Shown: positions 1-8,934 of the stretch, piece after piece
How positions within the stretch are numbered: position 1 is the first letter of the stretch
Layout: each line of letters opens with the position of its first letter
From: Amoebidium appalachense
Lineage: Eukaryota > Protista > Ichthyosporea
Length of the DNA: 45,831 bases
Assembly: GCA_963693365.1 (NCBI GenBank)
Contig: CAVNZM010000036.1
Location: forward strand, 1-45,831
Direction: 5' to 3'
Translations under genes and position numbers: made by a program
The notes under the pieces: generated by a model
What the model saw: only the letters and a program-made list of their open reading frames with translations
Told to the model about the DNA's origin: nothing
The model's database searches: none

Positions 1-923
1 GGATACGAAGCTAATTTGGAGTCGGCTTCGCCGACCGTCTTGAGCCATCCAACATTATCCTTGGTCGAGTAGTAGAAAGACTTGCAATTTGGGTCTGCGA
101 CGCACGCAATCTTCACTTCGTCCACCGATCCCTTTATCGACCGAATATCGCTACCGGCGTGTCCGACATCCAATCGCTGCACCCAATTGGGTCCGGACAC
201 CGGCTGGCCCGACTGCCAGAGCACGGTGCCGTTGGCGTCCCGCACGTAGGCGACGCCGTCGTTCTCCATTGTCAGGACCGCCGTGCCCACCTTCCCCTTG
301 CGGTAGGTGTTTGACGCCCATATGACCGCACCCTTTGCGTCGTACACCACCAGATTGTTGTCTTCCTGCATGACGAGGGAGTAGGGCGAGCCATTCTTGT
401 TGATCTTGTTGTGTGCCCAGAGGACCTTGTTGGTGCCGCGTTCGGCGACTATTGTGTTCCCGTCTGCCCCCTGCACCAGTTGGTACCGACCGTCGGGCGA
501 CACGACCTTCTCCCTGGTTGTGCTGGGCGCCACGATCTTGTTGCCGTTTCCCAGCATGCTCATGGCCGGCGGATCTTCCTTCTTTACGACAACGGTGGGG
601 GCGTTGGGGCAGGTGGGACAGTCGGGGCACTTCTCCTTGGGGGGGCAGGTCGGGCAGGTCGGGCACGTGGGGCACTTTGTGGGGGCCAGGGTGGGGCACG
701 TCGGACAGGTGGGGCAATCCGGGCACTTCTTTTCGGGGGGGCAGACCGGACAGCTGTTGCATATGCCGCAGGGGCGCCTGCACTTGAGGGTGGTGATGTA
801 GCGGATAAAGCGGGGCCTGTTGGCGTCGTACATGACGATGAGGACGAACAGGGCACACAGGCACCACACCCAGGTAGACACGCTGGGGCGGCGAGGGAAA
901 ACCTGGGACGGAGGCAAGTCCAT
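1..923 (-). CDS. Membrane-anchored protein with CPxCP repeats, bulb-type (B) lectin domain and PAN/apple-like domain; runs off the left edge
   Basis: Not in the ORF track because there is no stop in the window. Manual translation from ATG 923: TM segment WVWCLCALFVLIVMY, CPTCPTCP repeats, B-lectin motif LVMQEDNNLVVYDAKGAVIWASNT, PAN-like GSDI...C.ADPNCKSFYY...GWLK. Confidence 0.8.
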   Translation of the reverse strand, partial: MDLPPSQVFPRRPSVSTWVWCLCALFVLIVMYDANRPRFIRYITTLKCRRPCGICNSCPVCPPEKKCPDCPTCPTCPTLAPTKCPTCPTCPTCPPKEKCPDCPTCPNAPTVVVKKEDPPAMSMLGNGNKIVAPSTTREKVVSPDGRYQLVQGADGNTIVAERGTNKVLWAHNKINKNGSPYSLVMQEDNNLVVYDAKGAVIWASNTYRKGKVGTAVLTMENDGVAYVRDANGTVLWQSGQPVSGPNWVQRLDVGHAGSDIRSIKGSVDEVKIACVADPNCKSFYYSTKDNVGWLKTVGEADSKLASY

Positions 924-969
924 TTGGTAGAACCACATGAAAATCGCACACAGTCCTGTTTGGCAAGCT

Positions 970-1377
970 TTATTTGAGCGGCTCGCGGCGCAGCGCGGAT
1001 GCCACGCGGGCGGTCCAGGCGCACCTGCCACGCAAGTTCGCGGCGAAGGCCTCGTATGGAAGCGTCTGTGAGAACCACTCGCCCTTGTTAACGTCCCAGT
1101 AGCGGAGCCCGTTTTTCCTCGATACGTGGACCCGGGGGCAGCTGCGGCAGTCCGGGACGGTTTCGCTGTCGGCGTCGAAGCCCTCGGCGAGGTACTTGTC
1201 GTACAGCGCCTGTCCGCACGTGATTGCGTCACAGCCCGCGTAGGGTCCAGGGTCGGGCAGTGGACGACCTTCCATGGCCGCACGCAACGATCGCCACCCC
1301 GACGCCACCCGGTGCCGAGCCGCGATTGCAGCAAACGTCAGCGCGCATAGGACACACACAACCAGTACCAGATACAT
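970..1377 (-). CDS. Hypothetical protein with N-terminal membrane anchor
   Basis: ATG at 1377, hydrophobic N-terminus, packs between same-strand neighbours. Confidence 0.6.
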   Translation of the reverse strand: MYLVLVVCVLCALTFAAIAARHRVASGWRSLRAAMEGRPLPDPGPYAGCDAITCGQALYDKYLAEGFDADSETVPDCRSCPRVHVSRKNGLRYWDVNKGEWFSQTLPYEAFAANLRGRCAWTARVASALRREPLK

Positions 1378-1423
1378 CACTGTGAGACACCAGCATTACG
1401 TCCAACCCCAAGACCGCGAGCGG

Positions 1424-2782
1424 CTATTTGATCCCAACTAGGACGGTGAAGCGACCGCCGACCCTGTACCCCATCTCATCCACGACGGCCACGCGCAGCC
1501 CCTCGACGTGCTCGAGCGACGTGGCGATCTGCGGCGACGCCTGTAGGTCTTCGCTGATGCCGCAGGCGGCGCCGTGGACACCCGCGGACACGATGCGGCC
1601 CTGCAGGCTTGTCTCGCCGTGCATGACGTTGACCAGCAGCGCGCCCCGAGGCGCCAGGGGAGGCGTGGACCCGACGATGCACTGGATGTTGTCTGCGGCG
1701 CAGGGAAGCTGTTGGTCGCCTTCGGCCACGGGGGCGTGGTCGCGGCCGTCGAAGTACCTTGCAAGCGGGGGCAACCCGCTGGTGAGGCTGTGACTGACGT
1801 GGCCGCCGACCTCGAAACCCAGGACGCGCGCAAGGCCGCGTGGGACATCGAGGGTGAACGTAGGGACAGTTGCATATGGGGCCCAGTGCTTGACGACGTC
1901 GGGTGTGAGTGTCTTGTGGTGGTGGATGCTGATGACCAGGCGATCGGGAATCGCCAGCTGCGACGGGGACATAAACGAGTAGAGCGTGTGGTGGAACGGC
2001 CACTTGAAGCGGTTGTGGGGGTCACGCTCGTTTGCCAGCTCTCGCCATGCCCAAGGGTTCTCCCGATAGTGTATCTGCGCCAGCTGCAGCACCTCGTGGG
2101 CCAGGTGATCGGCGGGGCCCGAAGTGCGCGGCGCCCACCTGTCCTTTGCGAGGAAGTCTTCTTGGCGGGTCCATGCCTCGCCATTGCGCTCGGCGGCGGC
2201 CTTGATGACGGCCGTGTGTGTGACCTTTGCGTAGTACGGGACTGCATCCGGGAACACGTCGAGGAGGTCTGCGATGTCATCGATGTTATACGAGGGCTTG
2301 TAGCAATCGGCGATGGCCTGATCTAGACGGGCCTCCAGTTCAGCGCACAGGGCGCCGATTGTATAGTGCCCGACCGGCAGGTAGATGTCTGCAGTCGAAC
2401 GTGCCCACGAGCCCGGGTGGCGGCCATCTGGCGAGTCGAGGAACGACAGCCCCAGCACCAATCTGTTGGAGCCCTCTGACACGTCGTACACGGAATGCAC
2501 CCTTGCGCCCTCGACGCGAACACCGTGGACCGAGCGGGGAGCGGAGAACTCTATCTTCAGCGGGCCACCATGTGTGTCGCCGCTGACAAAGTGGTATCGC
2601 CAGGGAGCCTGGGACGCTTGGGTCGGGGCGGGTGAGCTCCGGGCGGAGGCATCGCCTACCACTGATGTGCGGGACGGGGTTGGAAGTGCGGGTCCGTGGG
2701 GAAAGGCCCGTCGTGCCATGGCGGCGGAGAAGTCGATGTGTGAAGCCATGTCGTCGAGAATACGGGAGCGCGCCTTCGACAT
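1424..2782 (-). CDS. Putative penton/minor-capsid-like (single jelly-roll) protein with central insertion
   Basis: 452 aa. SVYDVSEGSNRL...IYLPVGHYTIGALCAELEARL and C-terminal LRVAVVDEMGYRVGGRFTVLVGI resemble NCLDV/polinton penton-type motifs. C-terminus resembles that of 22543..24699. Confidence 0.45.
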   Translation of the reverse strand: MSKARSRILDDMASHIDFSAAMARRAFPHGPALPTPSRTSVVGDASARSSPAPTQASQAPWRYHFVSGDTHGGPLKIEFSAPRSVHGVRVEGARVHSVYDVSEGSNRLVLGLSFLDSPDGRHPGSWARSTADIYLPVGHYTIGALCAELEARLDQAIADCYKPSYNIDDIADLLDVFPDAVPYYAKVTHTAVIKAAAERNGEAWTRQEDFLAKDRWAPRTSGPADHLAHEVLQLAQIHYRENPWAWRELANERDPHNRFKWPFHHTLYSFMSPSQLAIPDRLVISIHHHKTLTPDVVKHWAPYATVPTFTLDVPRGLARVLGFEVGGHVSHSLTSGLPPLARYFDGRDHAPVAEGDQQLPCAADNIQCIVGSTPPLAPRGALLVNVMHGETSLQGRIVSAGVHGAACGISEDLQASPQIATSLEHVEGLRVAVVDEMGYRVGGRFTVLVGIK

Positions 2783-2807
2783 CCTACAGGTGGGTGAGCA
2801 TAAAAGC

Positions 2808-3176
2808 TCAGTCCATGACTGTGCAGTTGCACTGCCAACGGGCCTTGGGTCCCGGGGCAGAAGGTGCGGGCGTCATGCTGGGTGGCCACACCAAAGTCTC
2901 GGGGGTAGTGGTGGGGGTGGCTGGGGACGGGGTGACGTCATCCTCGGAGGAAATCTGTGTCCCGGAGCCACTGGCGGGGAAGTCGAGTGGGACCTCATCG
3001 TCTGTCGGCGCGGGGATGCCGGGGGGCCAGACCGCAGGTGCGGTTTCAGCGACGGCCTCGGTGGCTGCGAGACTGGACGCGGGGCCGGTACTTTGGTATA
3101 TGCACTGTGGGGCAGCGAACGACCCGACGGCAAGGGCGAAGACGGCGTAGAGGTTGTTGAGCATTACTTGTAGCAT
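2808..3176 (-). CDS. Small secreted Pro/Thr-rich protein
   Basis: Signal-peptide-like N-terminus, two VWPP motifs, Cys near both ends. Confidence 0.55.
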   Translation of the reverse strand: MLQVMLNNLYAVFALAVGSFAAPQCIYQSTGPASSLAATEAVAETAPAVWPPGIPAPTDDEVPLDFPASGSGTQISSEDDVTPSPATPTTTPETLVWPPSMTPAPSAPGPKARWQCNCTVMD

Positions 3177-3184
3177 ATAAAATT

Positions 3185-3781
3185 CTAGGCGCCGCGGAGG
3201 TCCAAGACGGCAAGAAACAACGTTATGGCAGGGAACGGGAACATGTCAAGACAGAGCCTGAAGTGCCAGAACCGCGCGATGCATATCGCAACATTGACAC
3301 CCCGAAATCCATATTGGACGCCGAGGTCGTCCGTGTAGACAAACCACGAGGGCATCGGGATGATTGGTAAACCGCCCAAGCCAAGCGAAGCGGCCACTCC
3401 CAGTTCGATACGGGCAGTGGGTAGCGAAGCGGGTGACCAATTTGTGTGGTTAGGTGTACGCGCGTTGATTCTTACGTTAGCCAGGCTTGGCCTCGGTAGT
3501 GCGTGTTTCGCGGCGGTCGTGGCTCCGGTCTGTGAATGTATGAAGACAAATTCTGAGGCATCGGCCCTGTCGTTGGTGAACGTGACGACGTTGTGATCCG
3601 GCAAAGCCTTCCAATACATACGCAGATCCCCGACGCGGGTGCACACGTATGGGTCATCCCTCTGCCATGGCAGTGCCATGCCAGTCTGTTGGGTGTCTGC
3701 CAGATCGGGCGGCCAATCAGTTGGTTCGCTCAGCAGAGCCAGTTGCTTGCTAACGTATCGACCTGAATGAAGGATGTGCAT
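3185..3781 (-). CDS. Hypothetical protein
   Basis: 198 aa ATG ORF abutting the downstream gene. Confidence 0.5.
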   Translation of the reverse strand: MHILHSGRYVSKQLALLSEPTDWPPDLADTQQTGMALPWQRDDPYVCTRVGDLRMYWKALPDHNVVTFTNDRADASEFVFIHSQTGATTAAKHALPRPSLANVRINARTPNHTNWSPASLPTARIELGVAASLGLGGLPIIPMPSWFVYTDDLGVQYGFRGVNVAICIARFWHFRLCLDMFPFPAITLFLAVLDLRGA

Positions 3782-4399
3782 ATCGTGTGGGGGCTAACAA
3801 GACCTAGGCATTTTATTGTGCCACAAGCAAGGGCCAGTGCGTACACGCGTGTGGATCGCTCTGGGTATACTCTGTTCATCTGTTCACGGACATGCAGCCA
3901 TGTTGTGGCCGCCGCAGATGCCTTGCCCGGCAAGCTTTATTAACGAATTGTTGCCACGCGAGACGCGGGCGATGGCAAAGAACAACCAATCATACGGTCA
4001 AGACATACCCATGTACCTACTCCAATCGTCCAACCTTGAATATGCCAAGTCCGAGCCATGTCGGACGCGCAAAACAACCGGCGAAACCTACACAGTCAAA
4101 CCCGGAAAGAGATCTAACATCAAAACCCAAAACGATGTTCCCCACGGGGAGACTACTACTTCCGCTTTTTCAGAATGGTTAATAGACGCATGCATACGAG
4201 TGACATCCAACTAGGCACTCCAAGTGCAAAAAGGGGTGCTGGTGATACGGCCAATCGGGGCGATGGGATGCAATCCACGCCCCCCGAAATGTGAGCGTCT
4301 GTAAAGGGCGGCGGAAATGCTATATGCAGATGAAGTGGGTGACCTCCAAACTCGTCGATTGCGTTCACCAGACGTATGTGGGCTGTGCCTTGATCTCTG

Positions 4400-4948
4400 T
4401 CAAGCGGTGATGGTAGTGGGATGTGGGGTGGTCGGAGTGTTAGCGGTGTGTTTTTTTGTCTCGTGTGTGGGTTCGTCGTGAGGGAGTCTCGCCAATTCCG
4501 CGATTGTGCGCACCTTCGGGGTATTCCAAGTACAATACTTGTCGGCGATTTGGAAGATGGCGTGATTGGCGTCTTGCATGCATGGAACCGTGATAACACC
4601 CACCACGGAGACAACCGAGACAAGTCGGGCGAGTTGTGACACAAGCGAGGCGTCCTCCTTCCGCAATAAAAATCTCATCAGGACGTGTCGCATTGGACGC
4701 AGTAGACTGAAATCCACCTCTGATATCAGGGCTTGGACACACTCCTTGCAGAATGCGGCATGGCTATTCAGCATATCGACATCCACCCCGTCGATGGCCG
4801 ACGACACGACAACCAAGTCCGGGTTGTCGTCGAACGACCCATAATAAGACTTTACTTCGTCTGTGATACACTTGATGTACCTTGTTCTGTGCTCCGCAGG
4901 AAGTGTGGCGGGCAGACCATAGAAACTCCGGAAACCGGAGTTCGACAT
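4400..4948 (-). CDS. Hypothetical protein
   Basis: ATG at 4948, globular composition, preceded by TATA/Inr and CCAAT boxes. Confidence 0.55.
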   Translation of the reverse strand: MSNSGFRSFYGLPATLPAEHRTRYIKCITDEVKSYYGSFDDNPDLVVVSSAIDGVDVDMLNSHAAFCKECVQALISEVDFSLLRPMRHVLMRFLLRKEDASLVSQLARLVSVVSVVGVITVPCMQDANHAIFQIADKYCTWNTPKVRTIAELARLPHDEPTHETKKHTANTPTTPHPTTITA

Positions 4949-4999
4949 CGTGATTCGCAAAACTAGAAACGTATTCTGGTTTGAGTCGAATGGATGAAT

Positions 5000-5195
5000 A
5001 ATGAAGCATTGTGTATGTGTCGTTCCTCTTTATACCATTTGATTCAGATGCGCATAAGCAAATGCAAATGATTGGTGTATGATGGCGTTATGTGTGCTGA
5101 TGTAACCAATCGCTGCTCTCCATCCGCATGAATTCCTAGTGTGTGGTATGAGCTCACTTAATCAGGAACCAATGAAAAACGCCCAATTGGATTGT
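5000..5195 (-). promoter_or_regulatory. CCAAT cluster + TATAAAGA + TCATT initiator for 4400..4948
   Basis: Minus-strand TATAAAGA at 5034-5027, Inr A at 5002 (32 nt downstream), several CCAAT/ATTGG boxes at 5070-5190. Confidence 0.55.
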
Positions 5196-5238
5196 AGTGT
5201 TTACATCTACAATTCGCATCAAATTTGATAATGATTTG

Positions 5239-5464
5239 CGCCCAATCAACAACGGCGACTCAAAATTCGGGATGATTCAAAACGGCGACTCAAAATTAGG
5301 CGTGTCTCACCTTACGCCCAATCATTCAAAACGGCGACTCAAAATAAGGCGTGTCTCATCTTACGCCCAATCATTCAAAACGGCGACTCACCTTACGCCC
5401 AATCATTCAAAACGGCGACTCACCTTACGCCCAATCATCCAAAACGGCGACTCAAAATTCGGGA
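5239..5464. repeat. Non-coding tandem array, 6 copies of AACGGCGACTCA, four preceded by CGCCCAATCAT
   Basis: Core copies start at 5251, 5281, 5330, 5379, 5411 and 5443 (spacings 30, 49, 49, 32, 32). Confidence 0.95.
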
Positions 5465-6062
5465 TCTTCTACGTCGTGGATGTTTGCACAAGGAACACCT
5501 ACCTCACCGGGCCCCACATTGAAACCACACCTTTTCTGGGGTTCGTTTGGTTTTAAGATCGGTTGAGTGTTCGTCGGAAATGACCGTGCCTGTCTGTGTG
5601 TGTCTGTTACTTTGTGTGGGTACCAAATATAATATCTGGTCCTCCATGCCGTCCTGTACCGTTGTCCGTTTTGTGTGTCTCTTCTTGGCCTCCGTCTGTG
5701 TCTTGCTTTTTTATGGCGCTTTTTTCGCTTTTGTTTTGGGCCTGGGCGTCTGTGCCGTTGGCGCTCGGTGTGTGTTTTCCGTCGTCTAGCCATGGTCATT
5801 GCATATGATTATAAGACCCCGATGGTCTCTATTGGCGGAAAGGTGCGGTCTTTGTGTAGGTAATGGGCTCCAATTTTTTTCCCAGCACTGCCAAAGTTTG
5901 TACTGATTACCGAAGAGGTCACAGGGCATGACAAGCCCGATGAGACAAGTATGCACGTGGTTTGTCCTACGAAGCTTTTGGTGAATGAGGCGACAACCAA
6001 GCCCATGGAACCACGTGCACTTGTATGCGGCCCGTGGGCAACCATGGGCCTCTGCCGGTATA

Positions 6063-6170
6063 GGCCAAGGTTCTTGTAACCTTGCATGACCATGCCACTA
6101 GCCTAGCTCCTTTCATGACCCGTGCTCGTGTTGGCAAGTTTAGGAAGGGATGGTAGGTTCAACTGTGTCT
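6063..6170. repeat. Dispersed ~110-bp non-coding repeat, copy 1
   Basis: 6063-6103 is identical to 26831-26871; similarity continues downstream. Confidence 0.9.
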
Positions 6171-6322
6171 GTATCTATGTGCCCAGTGCTCTGTAAGTCC
6201 GCGAAGTGAGAACGGTCCCTCGTTTTTCCGTTATGTTTGCTTTGGGAAGTGTGATGGTGACAGCTTGGTGGGGTCTGTGAACACGGCCCGGTCCATGGCC
6301 ATCTATTATCCACGACAGTCTT

Positions 6323-7138
6323 ATGACCGAGCGCTGGGATGTGGTGCGCATCACCACGGAGGACGAGCTGATGGGGTTCATAGAAAGCGCGGACTGGGAT
6401 TTCAAGGACACCCGAATGGCCGTTCCTACAAGGTCAACGACGCGCACAACCAGCGTCAAGAGCATCGTTGTACGGCAAATAGAACGCAGGCGGTGCAACG
6501 TCAACTTCGAGTACGACGACAGCCACCCTGCTTACGACAAAACCATCAGCCCGTTCTGCTTTGAACTCGACCTCAAACCCGACGACGCCGTCGAAGTGGA
6601 CGATAGCGACGAAGACAACGGAGACGAGGCCAACCACGACGCGTACTGGCCTCTCCTGTACACCACCAAACTAACCAGGGATGGCTGGATCTTTTGGAAT
6701 GCAAGCGGCGTGCGCGAACTGGACGGTGTTGTTTCGGCACCACCCGGGGTCTCCCGAAGGCCCTACTGGGTGATGCCGGCGCTCCTTTTCGAGGTCCTCG
6801 TCAGCGTCCCACCCCCCGCCCCGCCCGCCACCCTGCTCGAGGCCGCCTACCGCACCGGGGTCACACACGGGGCGCCTGTGCCGATGGGCCCCGGCGGCAT
6901 GCACGCCGAAGACCTCGGCGCCGCGCTCGCAGACTGGGGCTGGATCGAGCATTTTTTCACGGAGGTCCGTAGGGAAGTCCGCGATTTTTTTGAGTTTACG
7001 GGGCTGCCGGCGCGCGATGCCATATTCGACGCCATCTACGCCCGCAACCGCACGCTCCAGTGGGAAAGCGGGCCCACGTCCGCAATGTCCAACGCGACCC
7101 CCTGGAGCAACGCGGGGGACGTGGGGCATGCGCTTTGA
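6323..7138 (+). CDS. Hypothetical protein
   Basis: 271 aa ATG ORF with coding-like codon bias and an acidic patch. Confidence 0.7.
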   Translation: MTERWDVVRITTEDELMGFIESADWDFKDTRMAVPTRSTTRTTSVKSIVVRQIERRRCNVNFEYDDSHPAYDKTISPFCFELDLKPDDAVEVDDSDEDNGDEANHDAYWPLLYTTKLTRDGWIFWNASGVRELDGVVSAPPGVSRRPYWVMPALLFEVLVSVPPPAPPATLLEAAYRTGVTHGAPVPMGPGGMHAEDLGAALADWGWIEHFFTEVRREVRDFFEFTGLPARDAIFDAIYARNRTLQWESGPTSAMSNATPWSNAGDVGHAL

Positions 7139-7159
7139 TGGGTTATCGCGACCGACATC

Positions 7160-7296
7160 TGATTGGTCCGCGATCTGCTGTGGCGCAAGGCGATTGGTAG
7201 ATATAAAGTCTCGGGATCTATTGGATCTATTGCGCGCTTTCTATTGGATCCCTAGGGGTATAAAATGCACACCCTCTTCACCACCCGTTTCATTTC
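7160..7296 (+). promoter_or_regulatory. ATTGG cluster + TATAAAAT + TCATTTC initiator
   Basis: Four ATTGG boxes at 7160-7250, TATA at 7259, Inr A at 7292. Confidence 0.6.
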
Positions 7297-7339
7297 AACA
7301 CAGCCGCCACTAGCAGCGCACACCCAAACACACCCAAAA

Positions 7340-7813
7340 ATGTCGGACACACTTCGGCGCCCCGATGCGGATGACGCAGAGAGATGCCCTGCGTTTGCGC
7401 GCTTGACGTTGGCACAGTGCGCAAACAAAACAGGGGGCAAGTGTTCAGCGCACCGCAACTCAAAGCCATGGACGTGCTTCCACCCCGCGTCCGGCGTGCT
7501 CCTCTACAGCGACGGCACCATCAACATCTACCGCGCCTGCAAGGCCCGGGACTACGCCCAGGCCAACATACTGCTCGCCGGCATCAGGGCCGTCCTGGCC
7601 GTCCAGGAGCAGCCCGCCACCGCAGGCGCCGGCGTGCCCGCGCTCGCCGTGTCCACCCCGGGCCCGGCCGCCCCCGCCCCACACTCGCCGCCCGCGACAC
7701 CAGCGGGTGGGGGCGTCGAAATACAGTACTGCGAGGGCACGACCAAGCGTGGCAGGCCCTGCAGGAACAGGGTGAAGGGCACGACCCACTGCCACGTGCA
7801 CACGCGCGAGTAG
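7340..7813 (+). CDS. Small protein with two C3H zinc-binding motifs (DUF5763-like)
   Basis: C-terminal CEGTTKRGRPCRNRVKGTTHCHVH and N-terminal RCPAFARLTLAQCANKTGGKCSAH; AAAAATG start lies downstream of the Inr. Confidence 0.7.
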   Translation: MSDTLRRPDADDAERCPAFARLTLAQCANKTGGKCSAHRNSKPWTCFHPASGVLLYSDGTINIYRACKARDYAQANILLAGIRAVLAVQEQPATAGAGVPALAVSTPGPAAPAPHSPPATPAGGGVEIQYCEGTTKRGRPCRNRVKGTTHCHVHTRE

Positions 7814-7862
7814 ACTTGTTCAATAAAGACCTAAGAGTGGCCCTGGTGGGTTTATTCAAAGA

Positions 7863-7863
<1 letters not shown>

Positions 7864-7917
<54 letters not shown>
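7864..7917. repeat. (GC)n(GT)n microsatellite
   Basis: Alternating purine-pyrimidine tract between two convergent stop codons. Confidence 0.95.
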
Positions 7918-7919
<2 letters not shown>

Positions 7920-8831
7920 GAGCACGTGCTTCTCCAGGAAGCGAACTGGGTAGACCTTAACCGGGCGCATGTCGCCCTGCACCATCATCATGGTCTCTTC
8001 GGGCTCGCCTCCCTCCTCCTCTCGCCACTTTTTGGCCACGTGGCGGCCCACTGTGCTGCTAGTCTTGTCCTTGATCCCGTTGTCTACCAGAAACTTGCCC
8101 ACCGTTACGTAGTCCGTCAGCGCGGGCCCCTCCACCGCCCTAGGACCGCTCGCGGGCACCAGGATGTTGGCAACCGCGTCGTTGAGCAGCATGCGCATGC
8201 GCGGGTCCCGCTCCAGACCGAACTCCTCGAGGAGGCTGCGGTAGCTCCGGATGTTCTCCACACGCATGCGCCCGTTCTCGATCAGCAAGCGCTCGACCTC
8301 GGCCTCCTCCCGCTTCACGCGCAGGCGACGCTCCTCCTCCAGCTCCTCGCGGCGGCGCTTGCGGTCGGGGGTCTCGTCGGTGCCGTTGCGGAAGAAGTCG
8401 CGCTCCTCGGGCGTGCTGCTATCGAAGCGCGCCTCGATCTCGGGGATCAGCGACAGGTCTCCGGCCATCAGGCGCGCGATGTAGGTGGCGCAGGTCTTGC
8501 GGAACTCGTGCGCGCGCTTGCCGGGCAGCAGGAAGATGATCTCGAGGAGGACCTTGAAGGGGGCCACGGGAGTGAGCTTGCCCTTTCCGTTGATGCGGAC
8601 TTTGTTGCTGCGAGCAACAATGTCCTTGACGGACGGATCCTTACTCGCCTGCATGTCGAACCATGCAGACCGGGCAGCATTTGACGACCCCAGAACGATC
8701 TCGGCGGTGTCCAGGACACTGCCCTCCGCGTCCTTGCCTTCCCCGTGAACCCTGAACTGGGCGCCCTTGAACTGGGGGAAGTCCTTGGAAAGAAGCGACA
8801 TGTCCACTTTTGAGTTCTGTTCGGCAGCCAT
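7917..8831 (-). CDS. KilA-N/Bro-like DNA-binding protein with coiled coil (paralog 1)
   Basis: Motif GKGKLTPVAPFKVLLEIIFLLPGKRAHEFRKTCATYIARLMAGDLSLIPEIE; full-length paralog of 19851..20762. Confidence 0.7.
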
Positions 8832-8934
8832 GGCGTGCGAGACTGACTGGTTTGTGTGTGTATTGCTCCTTTTATGCCCTCGCTGGCGCGTGTGCGCTTT
8901 CGTGGTGTTTTAGGAAGTCGCTTCGTGGCTGGCT
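8829..8934 (-). repeat. Duplicate of the zinc-finger gene 3' end plus TATA/Inr promoter (other copy ~12144-12234)
   Basis: Translates RSDFLKHHESAHAPARA* versus RSDFLKHHESTHAPESA* in the zinc-finger gene; both are followed by CATAAAAG...CAGTCTCGC. Confidence 0.85.

Noticed and set aside
151-966. ORF-track proteins of 271, 134 and 188 aa
   Set aside because: Alternative-frame or antisense shadows of the lectin gene read from ATG 923 on the minus strand.
3816-4214. Plus-strand 132-aa ORF
   Set aside because: No motif and weak codon bias; a short version from ATG 3972 is possible but unsupported.
5239-5464. CRISPR array
   Set aside because: The sequences between repeats are themselves repeated rather than unique spacers, and no cas genes are visible.
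5452-5799. Arg/Lys-rich 115-aa ORF
   Set aside because: Low-complexity, strand-biased sequence with no recognisable motif or promoter; cannot be supported.
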